NCBI RefSeq assembly: GCF_036365525.1
Contig: NC_090419.1
Location: 11,966,001 to 12,030,000, forward strand
DNA: 64,000 bases
Source of the DNA: Heterodontus francisci
Taxonomy: Eukaryota
Reading direction: 5' to 3'
Part shown: positions 1 to 19,042 of the stretch, in pieces
Numbering within the stretch: the stretch's first letter is position 1
How the letters are laid out: each line of letters starts with the position of its first letter
Translations under genes and position numbers: made by a program
The notes under the pieces: generated by a model
Databases searched by the model: none
The model's input: only the letters and a program-made list of their open reading frames with translations
Told to the model about the DNA's origin: nothing

Positions 1-1127
1 AAAGCACATGGGATAGGAGGTAATAAACTGGCATGGATTCAGGATTGGTTAACAGGTAGAAAACAGAGAGTAGGAATAAATGGGTCATTCTCGCATTGCA
101 GGCTGTGACTTGTGGGGTACTGCAGGGATCAGTGCTTGGGCCCCAGCTGTACACAATATATATCAATGATTTGGATGTGGGGACCAAATGTAGTATTTCC
201 AAGTTTGCAGATGACACAAAACTAGTTGGGAATGTGAGATGTGAGGAAGATGCAAAGCGGCTTCAAGGGGATTCGGACAGACTTAGTGAGTGGGCAAGAA
301 CGTGGCAGATGGAATATAATGTGGAAAAGGTTATCCACTTTGGTAGGAGGAATAGATGTGCAGAGTATTTCTGAAATGGTAAGAGATTAGAAAGTGTAGA
401 TGTACAAAGGGACCTGGATGTCCTTGCCAATAAGTCACTGAAAGCTAACATGCAGGTGCAGCAAGCAATTAAGAAGGCTAATGGTATGTTAGCCTTTATC
501 GCAAGATGATTTGAGTACAGGAGTAGTGAAGTCTTGCTTCAATTGTATAGAACCTTGGTTAGACCGCACTTGGTGTACTGTGTGCAGTTTTGGTCCCCTT
601 ACCTTAGGAACTATATTATTACCAGAGAGGAAGTCCAACGAAGGTTCACCAGACTTGTTCCTGGGATGGCGGGACTGTCCTATGAAGAGAGATTGGGGAA
701 CCTGGGCCTGTATTCCCTAGAGATTCGAAGAATGAGAGGTGATCTCCTGGAAACCTACAAAATACTGAAAGGGATAGACAGGGTAGATGCAGCTAAGATG
801 TTTCCCCTAGCTGGGGAGTCCAGAACCAGGGGACACAATTTCAAAACAAGGGGAAGCCGAATAGGACGGAGATGCGAAGAAATGTCTTTACTCAGAGGGT
901 TGTGACTCTTTGGACTTTTCTACCCCAGAGGGCTGTGGAAACTCAGTTATTGAGTAGGTTTAAAGCAGAGATTGACAGATTTCTAAATGCAAATGACATG
1001 AGGGGGATATGAGGATAGTGTGAGAAAAAGGCATTGAAGTGGATGATCAGCCATGATCATGTTGAATGGCGGAGCAGGCTTGATGGGCTGAATGGTCTAC
1101 TCCTGTTCCTATTTCTTATGTTCTTAT
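1..1127 (+). mobile_element. CR1-clade LINE 3' fragment (degenerate RT and 3' UTR); runs off the window edge
   Basis: Broken ORFs 96-374 and 534-905 carry CR1 RT motifs (QGSVLGP, YINDLD, KFADDTKL, LVRPHL.YCVQFWSP). It ends in a CR1-type tail, tcctgttcctatttcttatgttcttatg. Confidence 0.9.
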
Positions 1128-1157
1128 GACCAACCCATCAACAATCACTCCTCTTAC

Positions 1158-2004
1158 CAACCACAGTGGGCTCCAGTTCTATAAACACGCCTCGGGGGAT
1201 GTGTTGGCCCGCCCCCATCTCACTGAAGAAGGCGTTGAAGGAGTCATCGCCACCCCCGATGGTCTTGTCACTGGGCATCTGTCCATCCAGCTGGATCCCA
1301 TGCTCCAGGCAATGCGGCTCCCAGCAAGCGTTGCCGACCTGCACACCAGCCTGGCCAATGTGGATTGAAATACACTCATGCTAAGGAGGGAAGAACAGGT
1401 GATGTTTTACACAGGATGAAAGGCAATGCTTTATAGTTAGTATAGGTGGGAAGAGAAAGGTGCAGAGAAACACATTCCATTACAGTAACCTGTGGATTCC
1501 ATCCATTCCCTGTGAATTCTATCTGCCTCCCGGTGGATTCTCCAACTTCATCCTGCTCCTAATCCCAATGAAAGCCTCCATTCATTGTGGATCACTTCCG
1601 TGAATTGCCTCGGACTCCAAAGTTACACTCTGTCTGGATCTCAATTCCTCCTTTATATCCATTCCCTGTGGATCTTTTTGATGACTGTGGCTTTCCCTCC
1701 TGCTATCCATCTCCCTCACAGTGGATTCCCCTCACCCTGTTCATTTCCCTTTCTTAGGGGATTACCATTTTCCCAGTAGGTTAGGTTTCCTCTTTGGTCA
1801 TGGATTGCTACTCCTCCTGTGCATTCCCGGTCTCTCCCACTGGATTTCTTGCTCTCTCACAGTGAATTCCTACTCTCCCAATGTATCCCACTCTCCTATG
1901 GAATTCACACTCACTTAGACTCTCAATCGATTTTACTAACCCTGCAGATTCCTTTGGCTGGATTCACAATATCGCCTTTGCATACGTCCGCACACACTCA
2001 CCAT
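1158..2004 (-). pseudogene. tuba: alpha-tubulin copy 1: exons 1-2 only, degenerate and apparently 3'-truncated
   Basis: Exon 1 is ATG at 2002-2004 followed by a gtgagt donor. Exon 2 is 1158-1380 (223 nt, ag/gt), reading [33 protein letters not shown]...IELEPTVV with R2H, L23P, Y24H, P32L and D69E. Exon 3, about 510 bp downstream in copy 2, is absent and replaced by CR1 sequence. Confidence 0.75.
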
Positions 2005-2060
2005 GATCTCCTTCTGTTCTTACAGCTCCTGAGAATGTGCTTTGTGTTGACCCTCCCACT

Positions 2061-2255
2061 ATTTATACTGTGCCCAGTAGAACATGCCAATCAACTGAAC
2101 CAGGATCTGATTGGCCTCTGAGAACAAAAGAGTGTGTAACAATTGCACAGATGATACAGTGGTGCTCAGTGGTGATTGGTTCTTTGTGCAAAAGGCGGAA
2201 CTAAGGGTTCGCAACAATCTATTATTGGAGGAGCACTAGGCAACAAGGAGCCATT
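2061..2255 (-). promoter_or_regulatory. tubulin core promoter (TATAAAT, several CCAAT boxes, GTTGCCTAG RFX-like half-site)
   Basis: TATAAAT lies at 2061-2067 on the minus strand, about 57 nt upstream of the ATG. CCAAT/ATTGG occurs near 2087, 2110, 2175 and 2224, and CTAGGCAAC at 2236-2244. The same block precedes every copy. Confidence 0.7.
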
Positions 2256-2675
2256 TTTGTAAATCAGATCTCCATCAATCAATTCACGATTAAAAAGGCA
2301 GCCACCAATCAGGGCCACCTCAATCACACTCAATTCATCAGATCCCAATCAACCCCACAGATCAATCACAAGCTATCAGTCACAACCATGTCAATCAGAT
2401 TTTCATCTCTTCCATCCGTCACATCTGTCAGTCACTCCTCCCTCAAACAGGCAGGCATCAACATGACTGCCATCTGTCAGATCCCCAGAAATCAGACCCC
2501 CTTCACACAGGCCTGCACCAAAGAAAGCCCATCATTCAGACTCTGTCAGTCATACACTCATTACTCAGAGCCCCTCGCTCAGATTCCCATCAATCAGACC
2601 ACAGGGACCAGAGACCCATCTTTCAGATGCTCAGCATTTGTCATATTGCTGTTTGGCATGCAGGTAATCCTCTGA

Positions 2676-2800
2676 TTCACGGAAGAAGGTATTCAAGAGT
2701 TATTGCATGTCCGGCTGGATCCCATGTTCCAGGCAATACAGCTCCCACAAACGTTGTCGATCTGCACTGACCTGGCTAATATGGATCGAAAGACACAAGA
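2676..2800 (-). pseudogene. decayed alpha-tubulin exon-2 relic (internally deleted)
   Basis: ccggctggatcccatgttccaggcaatacagctccca matches exon 2 ([12 protein letters not shown]), with frameshifts and a deletion. Confidence 0.75.
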
Positions 2801-3390
2801 GCAGCGAATACTAGAATATTTATACAGTAAGAAAGCAATGCCTAATGCAGTCAGTGGAGCTGGAAGGAGAGGCAACGCATTCTGTCACAGTATCATGTGG
2901 ATCCTGTCCGCTTGCTATGGAACCCTGTGTTCCACATGCTCCCACATTACCTGTGGCTTTCCCACTGCCTTTAGTGCCTGTGGATAGTCTTTATCCGTGT
3001 GCCTTCTCCCTCCGTCTGGACTCCCCTCTCCCTGTGGGTTTCCTCAATTCCAGCTTATCTGTTTCTCAGTGTGAGCCGCTCACTGTCTGAGGAACTGTAT
3101 ATAGTCCTGAAAGATCCCACACTCCTTGAGCATAATTGTCCTGTGGATCCCACAACCTGTGGATTATCATGCCCCCTAATGGAGTTCCCTCTCCCTGTTC
3201 ATGCTCCTCTTCCCGTGGTTCCCCTCTCCCTGTGGACTCCTCTCTACATGTGGACTCCCTATCTGCCTGTGAATTCCTCTTCTCTCTCCACTTGGATCTC
3301 TCTTTCTCCCTGTGGGTTCTGCCCTCCCATTGGATTTCCCCTTTCCCTGTTGATTCCCGTTCTCACTTTGTGATTCATCACTCATCATTC

Positions 3391-3745
3391 AGCACAGTGG
3401 CGCAGTGGTTAGCACTGCAGCCTCACAGCTCCAGGGACCCGGGTTCGATTCTGGGTACTGCCTGTGTGGAGTTTGCAAGTTCTCCCTGTGTCTGCGTGGG
3501 TTTTCTCCGGGTGCTCCGGTTTCCTCCCACAAGCCAAAAGACTTGCAGGTTGATAGGTAAATTGGCCATTATAAATTGTCACTAGTATAGGTAGGTGGTA
3601 GGGAAATATAGGGACAGGTGGGGATGTTTGGTAGGAATATGGGATTAGTGTAGGATTGGTATAAATGGGTGGCTGATGGTCGGCGCGGACTCGGTGGGCC
3701 GAAGGGCCTGTTTCAGTGCTGTATCTCTAATCTAATCTAATCTAA
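3391..3745 (+). mobile_element. tRNA-derived SINE (HE1/V-SINE-like)
   Basis: It has an A box (tggcgcagtgg), a B box (ggttcgattc), a V-domain-like centre (ctccggtttcctcccac) and a (tctaa)n tail. It is absent from the homologous site in other spacers. Confidence 0.85.
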
Positions 3746-4159
3746 TCACTCTCCTTCTGAACTTCATGATACTTCTCTCTCTATGGATCCCTTTCATCTC
3801 CTTTCGATCATCGAATCCAAGTCCATCCTTCTTTCTTCCAGTAGATCCCTTCTCTTTGTAGATTTCACCACTCCGAGTAGATTTCTTCCTGCCTGTACGT
3901 TTGCAATTCCTTCTGGTATCTTCCTTCTCTATGGAGATCCCTTATTCCTTCAGATCACTTCTCTATCCCCGTGGATCCTATTTTCCTATGGATTCCCCCT
4001 TTAGATCCCTGTGACTATCCTTTGCCCAGTCGAATTTCCTCCCTCTAAGTGGAATTCCTTATTTTCTCCTGTGGTAGAACATTACACCCCCTGTATGCTT
4101 GTGGATCACCCCTCACTCTGCCGATGGAGAGCCCCCTCCCTATGGATCCCTTCTCTTTG

Positions 4160-5845
4160 GAGCTGAACTCAATAGATGAGGTGAGAGTGCCTGCCCTTGA
4201 CATCAGGGCAGCATTTGACTGAGTTTGGCATCAAGGAACCTTGGAAAAACTGGAGTCAATGGGAATCAGGGGTAAAACACTGTGCCACTTGAAGTCGTAT
4301 CTAGCACAAAGGAAGATGGTTGTGGGTGTTGGAGGTCGATCATCTCAGCCCCAGGACATCACTGCAGGTGTTCCTCAGGGTATTGCCCTCAGACCAACCA
4401 TTTTCAGCTACTTCATCAATGACCTTCCCTCCATCATAAGGTCAGAAGTGGGGATGTTCACTGATGGGTCTTTTTCTGGTTGACAAGATGTAAAGTGTGG
4501 TGTGCCACAGGGATCTGTGCTGGGGCCTCATCTTTAACAATTTATGTAAATGACTTAGATGAAGGGACCGAAGGTATGGTTGCTCAGTTTGCTGATGACA
4601 CAAAATTAGGTAGGAAAGTAACTTGGGAAGAGGACTTAAAGAGGGTACAAAGGGATATAGATAGGTTAAGTGAGTGGGCAAAGACCTGGAAAATGGAGTA
4701 CAATGTGGGAAAGTGGGAAATTGTCCACTTTGACAGGAAGAATTAAAAGAAGCATATTATCTAAATGGTGAGAGATTGCAGAGCTCTGAGATGCAGAGAG
4801 ATCTGGGTGTCCTAGTGCATGAATCACAAAAGGTTAATATGCAAGTACAGCACGTAATTAGGAAAGCTAATAGAACGTTATCGTTTATCGCGAGTGGAAT
4901 TGAATGCAAAAGTAGGGAGGTTATGTTTCAGCTATACAGGGCATTGGTGAGACCACATCTGGAGTACTGTGTACAGTACTGGTCTCCTTATTTAAGGAAG
5001 GATGTAAGTGTGTTGGAGGCAGTACAGAGAAGGTTTACAAGACTAATATCGGGATTGAGCGGGCTATCTTCTGAGAACAGGTTGGACAGGCTAGGCTTGT
5101 ATCTGCTGGAATTTAGAAGAGTAAGTGCCGACCTGATTGAAACATATAAGATCCTAAGGTCTTGACAGGGTGGACGTGGAAAGAATGTTTCCCCTTGTGG
5201 GAGAATCTAGAACTGGGGGTCACTGTTTAAAAATAAGGGGTCGCCCGTTTAAGACAGTGATGAGGAGAAATTTGTTCTCTCAGAGGGTCGTGAGTCTTTG
5301 GAGTTCTCGTCCTGAAAAAGCGGAGGAAGCAGAGTCCTTGAATATTTTTAAGGCAGAAATAGATAGATTCTTGGTAAACAAGGGGGTGGAAGGTTATCGG
5401 AATGGGTAGTTGGAAATGCGGTGTAATAAGTTCAGCCATAAACTTATTGAGTGGCGGAGCAGGCCCAAAGGGCCAAGTGGCCTACTCCTGCTCCTAATTG
5501 TATGTTCATATGATTGCACAATGTTCAGCACCATTTGCAACTCCTCAGATACTGAAGCAGTCCATGTAAGAATGCAGCAAGACCTGCCCAAGCTTGGGCT
5601 GATAAGTGGCAAGTAACATTCGCGCCACACAAGTGCCAGGCAATGACCATATCCAACAGGAGAGGATCTAACCATCTCCCCTTGACATTCAATGGCATTA
5701 TGATCGCTCAATACCCCACTATCAGCATCCTGAGGGTTACTATTGACCAGAAGCTGAACTGGAGTAGCCGTATAAATACGGTGGCTGCAAGAGCATAGAT
5801 ACATATATATATATATATACACATATGGAATACTCTCCATTTGCA
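4160..5845 (+). mobile_element. CR1/L2-group LINE RT fragment (host) split by a nested CR1 3' fragment (4467-5509)
   Basis: The host reads LDI.AAFD..WHQG / GVPQG / FINDLPSII...MFTD|DCTMFST...WADKWQV. The insert carries FADDTKLG and LVRPHLEYCVQYWSP and a CR1 tail ending tgtatgttcat. Confidence 0.85.
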
Positions 5846-6583
5846 ACCAAGCCATTTCTTACCCATCAATCAGATCACCATCTATCAAGTTTCCAGCTAT
5901 CAGATCCCAATCTGTGCAACCCACCATCAATCTGCATCAATCGGCCCCACCTCTTAGATTCCCATCAATCCATCCACTTTCTGTCAGATCTCATAAATCA
6001 AATGCCCACAAATCCATCCCTCGTACACCAGACTCCCACCCATCTGATCCCAGTCACTCATTTTCCATCATTCTGACCCCCATCGATCAGACCCCATTCT
6101 GTCAAACTTTTATCAGTGACATGCATCTATTAGACCCATGTTATGGTATCCTATCAATTGAATTCCCACCCACATTACTCAGATTCCCATCTATTAGACT
6201 CCATCAATGTGAATCCCATCTATCAGATTCCCATCATGCAGAGCCTCATTAATCAGACTCACATTTATCAGACCCTATTGATCAGAATCCCCTCAAACTG
6301 ATCTCCAATACTACATTTCCAATCGATCAGACACCACCCCCCCCCTTCTATAAGATCCCATGCAGAGAGACCCATATTAATCTGGCTCATTATCAGTCAG
6401 AGCCACCAGGATCAGTGGACAGTGTTTTAATGACTGGAGTGCTCTGTGACTCCTGGTCTGCAGCCCTGTGGAGTTTGATTAACCCACTTTCTGGGTCATT
6501 GATCCTCTTTTATTATCTTCAGTCTTCTTCTTTTACACTGTGCTTCTCACTCTCTTGTCATGCATTTAAGGCTTTTAAATCAA

Positions 6584-6619
6584 CACACACACCCAAAATC
6601 ATTGAAAAATAAATTTATT
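6584..6619 (-). terminator. polyadenylation signal AATAAA with downstream GU-rich element (copy 2; repeated in every complete copy)
   Basis: AATAAA lies on the minus strand at 6614-6619, about 120 nt after the stop. It is followed on that strand by TTTTTCAATGATTTTGGGTGTGTGTGT. Confidence 0.6.
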
Positions 6620-6740
6620 CTCAAATATAATTTATAACATCAATGTGAAATAGATTTAAAATCTTTTTACTCTCTAAATCAATATTATTCCATAACATCA
6701 ATGTGAAATAAAATCTTTTTACTGTCAAAACTAATGAATA

Positions 6741-10200
<3,460 letters not shown>

Positions 10201-10869
10201 GATCTCCTTCTGTTCCTACAGCTCCTGAGAATGTTCTGTGTGTTGACCCTCCCACTATTTATACTGTGCCCAGTAGAACATTCCAATCTATTGAACCAGG
10301 CTCTGATTGGCCTCTGAGAACAAAAGAGTGTGTAACAATTGCACAGATGATACAATGGTGCTCAGTGGTGATTGGTTCTTTGTGCAAAAGGCGGAACTAA
10401 GGGTTCACAACAATCTATTATTGGAGGAACACGAAACAACAAGGAGCCATTTTTGTAAATCCATCAATCAATTCACGATTAAAAAGGCAGCCACCAATCA
10501 GGGCCACCTCAATCACACTCAATCCAACAGATCCCAATCAACCCCACAGATCAATCACACACCATCAGTCACAACCATGTCAATCAGATTTTCATCTCTT
10601 CCATCCGTCACATCTGTCAGTCACAAGCAGGCATCAACATGACTGCCATCTGTCAGATCCCCAGAAATCAGACCCCCTTCACACAGGCCTGCACCAAAGA
10701 AAGCCCATCATTCAGACCCTGTCAATCATACACTCATTACACCGAGTTCATCTCTCAGATTCCCATCAATCAGATCACAGGGATCAAAGACCCATCTTTC
10801 AGATGCTCCGCATTTGTCATATTGCTGTTTGGCATGCAGGTAGACCTCTGTTGTAGCTTCACCAGGTTG

Positions 10870-11040
10870 TTACCTCACCCCTGTCTCACAGAAGAAGCTG
10901 TTCAAGAAGTCGTTGTCACGACCAATTGACTTTTCACTGGGCATCTGCGTGTCTGGCTGGATCCCATGTTCCAGGCAATACAGCTCCCACAAGCGTTGTC
11001 GATCTGCACTGATCTGGCTAATGTGGATCGAAAGACACAA
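10870..11040 (-). pseudogene. decayed alpha-tubulin exon-2 relic (most complete version)
   Basis: ORF 10870-11055 reads CLSIHISQ...[37 protein letters not shown]. The adjacent DNA resembles intron 1. Confidence 0.85.
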
Positions 11041-12027
11041 GAGGAGCGAATACAAGAATATTTATACAGTAAGAAAGCAATGCCTAATGCATTCGGTGGA
11101 GCTGGAAGGAGAAGCAATGCATTCCATCACAGTATCATGTGGATCCCGTCCACTTGCTATGGAACCCTGTGTTCCACATGCTCCCACATTACCTGTGGCT
11201 TTCCCACTGCCTTTAGCGCCTGTGGATAGTCTTTATCCCTGTGCCTTCTCCCTCTGTCTGGACTCCCCTCTCCCTGTGGGTTTCCTCAATTCCAGCTTAT
11301 CTGTTTCTCAGTGTGAGCCACTCACTGTCTGAGGAACTGTACATAGTCCTGAAAGATCCCACACTCCTTGAGCATAATTGTCCTGTGGACCCCACAACCT
11401 GTGGATTATCATGCCCCCTAATGGAGTTCCCTCTCCCTGTTCATGCTCCTCTTCCCGTGGTTCCCCTCTCCCTGTGGACCCGTCTCTACATGTGGACTCC
11501 CTATCTGCCTGTGAATTCCTCTTCTCTCTCCACTTGGATCTCTCTTTATCCCTGTGGGTTCCACCCTCCCATTGGATTTCCCCTTTCCCTGTTGATTCCC
11601 GTTCTCACTCTGTGATTCATCACTCACTCTCATTCTGAACTTCATGATACTGCTCTCTGTATGGATCCCTTCCATCTCCTTTCGACCATTCAGTCCAAGT
11701 CCATCCTTCTCTCTTCTCTTCTCTTTGTGGATTTCACCAGTCCTAGTAGATTTCTTCCTGCCTGTACATTTGCAATTCCTTCTGGTATCTTCCTTCTCTA
11801 TGGAGAACGCTTTTACCTTCAGATCTCTTCTCTATCCCTGTGGATCCTATTTTCCTATGGATTTCCCCTTTCGATCCCTGTGAATATCCCTTGCCCAGAT
11901 GATTTTCCTCCCTGTAACTGGAATTCCTCCTTCTCTCCCATGGTAGAACATTACACCTCCTGTCTCCATGTGGATCAGACCTCACTCTCCCTATGGAGAG
12001 CCCCCTCCCTCTGGGTCCCTTCTGTTG

Positions 12028-13590
12028 GGAGCTGAACCCAAGGGGTGAGGTGAGAGTGACTGTCCTTGACATCAAAGCAGCATTTGACCACATATGGCAT
12101 CAAGGAGCCCAACAAAACTTGAGGCAATGGGAATCGGGAGGGAAACCCTTTACTAGTTGGAGTCGTACCTCATGCAAAGGAAGATGGCTGTGGTTGTTGG
12201 AGGTCGATCATCTCAGCTCCAGGACAGCACTGCAGGTGTTTCTCTGGGTATTGTCCTCAGCCCAACCATCTTCAGCTACTTCATCAATGACCTTCCCTCC
12301 ATCATAAGGTCAGAAGTGGCGATGTTTACTGATGGGTCATTTTCTGGTTGGCAAGATGTAAAATGTGGTGTGCCACAGGGATCTGTGCTGGGGCCTCAAC
12401 TTTTAACAATTTATGTAAATGACTTAGATGAAGGGACCGAAGGTATGGTTGCTCAATTTGCTGATGACACATAAACAGTTAGGAAAGTAACTTGGGAAGA
12501 GGACATAAGGAGGCTACAAAGGGATATAGATAGATTAAATAAGTGGGCAAAGACCTGGAAAATGGAGTATAATGTGGGAAAGTGTGAAATTGTCCACTTT
12601 GGCAGGAAGAATAAAAAAGAAGCATATTATCTAAATGGTGGGAGTTTGCGCTGCTCTGAGATGCAAAGGGATCTAGGTGTCCTAGTGCATGAATCGCAAA
12701 AGGTTAATATGCAGGTACAGCATGTAATTAGGAAAGCTAATAGAACATTATTGATTATCGCGAGGGGAATCGAATACAAAAGTAGGGAGGTTCTGCTTCA
12801 GCTATACAGGGCATTGGTGAGACCATATCTGGAGTACTGTGTACAATGCTGGTCTCCTTATTTAAGGAAGGATGTAAATGCATTGGAGGCAGTACAGAGA
12901 AGGTTTACTAGACTAATACCTGGAATGGTCAGGCTGTCTTATAAGGAAAGGGTGGACAGGCTAGGCTCGTATCTGCTGGAATTTGGAAGAGTGAGATCTG
13001 ACCTGATTGAAACATATAAGATCCTGAGCTGTCCTGACAGGGTGGATGTGGAAAGAATGTTTCCCCTTGTGGGAGAATCTAGAACTAGAAGTCACTGTTT
13101 AAAAATACGGTTTTGCCCATTTAAAACACAGATGATAACCAAGGAGAGGGTAGGTGGAAATGTGGCGTAATCAGTTCAGCAATGAACTTATTGAATGGCA
13201 GAGTAGGCTCGAATGGCCGAATGGACTCCTCCGGCTCCTAATTTCTGCGTTCGTATGATTGCACAATGTTCAGCAATATTCGCAACTCCTCAGATACTGA
13301 AGCAGTCTGTGCAGGAATGCAGCAAGACATGGACAATATCCAGACTTGGGCTGATAAGTGGCAAGTAACATTCATGCCACACAAATGCCAGGCACTGACC
13401 ATCTCCAACAGGAGAGAATCTAACCATCTCCCCTTGACATTCAGTGGCATTACGATTGCTGAATCCCCCCACTATCAACATCCTGGGGGTTACCATTGAC
13501 CAGAAACTGAACTGGAGTAGCCATATAAATACAGTGGCTGTAAGAGCATAGATATATATATACACATATGGAATACTCTGCACTTGCAGC
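12028..13590 (+). mobile_element. host LINE fragment with nested CR1 (12335-13254)
   Basis: ORFs 12157-12474 and 12562-13170 (CR1 RT) and 13266-13499 (host resumes); same junctions as in spacer 1. Confidence 0.85.
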
Positions 13591-13789
13591 CAAGTCATTT
13601 CTTACCCATCAATCAGATAACCATCTGTCAAATTTCCAGGTATCAGGTCCCAATCTGTGCAACCTACCAACAATCCACAATGATTGGCCCCACCTCTTAA
13701 ATTCCCATCAATCCATCCACTTTCTATTGAATCTCATAAATCAAATGCCCAGAAATCCATCCCTCATACATCAGACTCCCACCCATCTG

Positions 13790-14132
13790 GGGGCAGAACA
13801 GTGGCGCAGTGGTTCGCACTGCAGCCTCACAGCTCCAGTGACCCGGGTACAATTCTGGGTACTGCCTGTGTGGAGTTTGCAAGTTCTCCCTGTGTCTGCA
13901 TGGGTTTCCTCCGGGTGCTCTGGTTTCCTCCCACATGCCAAAGACTTGCAGGTTGATAGGTTAATTGGCCATTATAAATTGCCCCTAGTATAGGTAGGTA
14001 GTAGGGGAAATATAGGGACAGGTGGGAATGTGGTAGGAATATGGGATTAGCGTAGGATTAGTATAAATGGGTGGTTGATGGTCGGCACAGACTCGGTGGG
14101 CCGAAGGCCTGATTCAGTGCTGTATCTCTAAA
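13790..14132 (+). mobile_element. tRNA-derived SINE (HE1/V-SINE-like) with 7-bp TSD
   Basis: Same family as 3391-3745. It is flanked by ccatctg (13783-13789 and 14133-14139), and the site is empty in other spacers. Confidence 0.85.
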
Positions 14133-14839
14133 CCATCTGACCCCAATCCATCATTTTCCATCATTCTGACCCCCATCTATCAGACCCCATTCTGTCAAAC
14201 TTTATCAGTGACATGCATCTATTAGACCCACCTTTATGGTATCCTATCAATCGAATTCCCACCCACATTACTCAGATTCCCATCTATTAGACTCCATCAA
14301 TGTGAATCCCATCTATCAGATTCCCATCATGCAGACCCTCATTAATCAGACTCACATTTATCAGACCCTATTGATCAGAATCCCCTCAAACTGATCTCCA
14401 ATACTACATTTCCAATCGATCAGACACCACCCCCCCCCCCCCCCCCCTATAAGATCCCATGCAGAGAGACCCATATTAATCAGTCCCATTATCAGTCAGA
14501 GCCACCAGGATCAGTGGACAATGTTTTAATGACTGGAGTGCTCTGTGACTCCTGGTCTGCAGCCCTGTGGAGTTTGATTAACCCACTTTCTGGGTCATTG
14601 ATCCTCTTTTATTATCTTCAGTCTTCTTCTTTTACACTGTGCTTCCCACTCTCTTGTCATGCATTTATGGCTTTTTAAATAAACACACACCCAAAAATCA
14701 TTGAAAAATAAATTTATTCTCAAATATAATTTATAACATCAATGTGAAATAGATTTAAAATCTTTTTACTCTCTAAATCAATACTATTCCATAACATCAA
14801 TGTGAAATAAAATCTTTTTACTATCTAAACTAATGAATA

Positions 14840-18243
<3,404 letters not shown>

Positions 18244-18934
18244 GATCTCCTTCTGTTCTTACAGCTCCTGAGAATGTGCTTTGTGTTGACCCTCCCACTA
18301 TTTATACTGTGCCCAGTAGAACATTCCAATCAGTTGAACCAGGCTCTGATTGGCCTCTGAGAACAAAAGAGTGTGTAACAGTTGCAAAGATGATACAGTG
18401 GTGCTCAGTGGTGATTGGTTCTTTGTGCAAAAGGCGGAACTAAGGGTTCGCAACAATCTATTATTGGAGGAGCACTAGGCAACAAGGAGCCATTTTTGTA
18501 AATCAGATCTCCATCAATCAATTCAGGATTTAAAACATAGCCACCAATCAGGGCCACCTCAATCACACTCAATCCATCAGATCCCAATCAACCCCTCTGA
18601 TCAAACACAAGCTATCAGACACAACCGTGTCAATCAGATTTTCATCTCTTCCATCCGTCACATCTGTCAGTCACTCTTCCCTCAAACAGGCAGGCATCAA
18701 CATGACTCCCATCTGTCAGATCCCCAGAAATCAGACCCCCTTAACACAGGCCTGCACCAAAGAAAGCCCATCATTCAGACCCTGTCAGTCATACACTCAT
18801 TACACAGAGCCCCTCGCTCAGATTCCCATCAATCAGACCACAGGGACCAGAGACCCATCTTTCAGATGCTCAGCATTTCTCATATTGCTATCTGGCATGC
18901 AGGTAGTCCTCTGTTGCAGCTTCACCAGGTTGGC

Positions 18935-19042
18935 ACCTCACCCCCGTCTCACGGAAGAAGGTATTCACGAAGTCATTGCCACGACCAATTGTCTTTTCTG
19001 TCGATCTGCACTGATCTGGCTAATGTGGATCGAAAGACACAA
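18935..19042 (-). pseudogene. exon-2 relic (deleted form; also ~33323-33430 and ~40018-40125)
   Basis: It retains ccccgtctcacggaagaag and gatctgcactgatctggctaatgtggatcgaaagacac but lacks the WELYCLEHG segment. Confidence 0.65.

Noticed and set aside
3391-3460. tRNA gene
   Set aside because: The A/B boxes belong to a SINE head that continues into a SINE body and tail.
12562-13170. Reverse-transcriptase ORFs as an active element or a retron/DGR-like system
   Set aside because: They are 5'-truncated, frameshifted CR1 relics typical of vertebrate genomes, with no intact ORF2.
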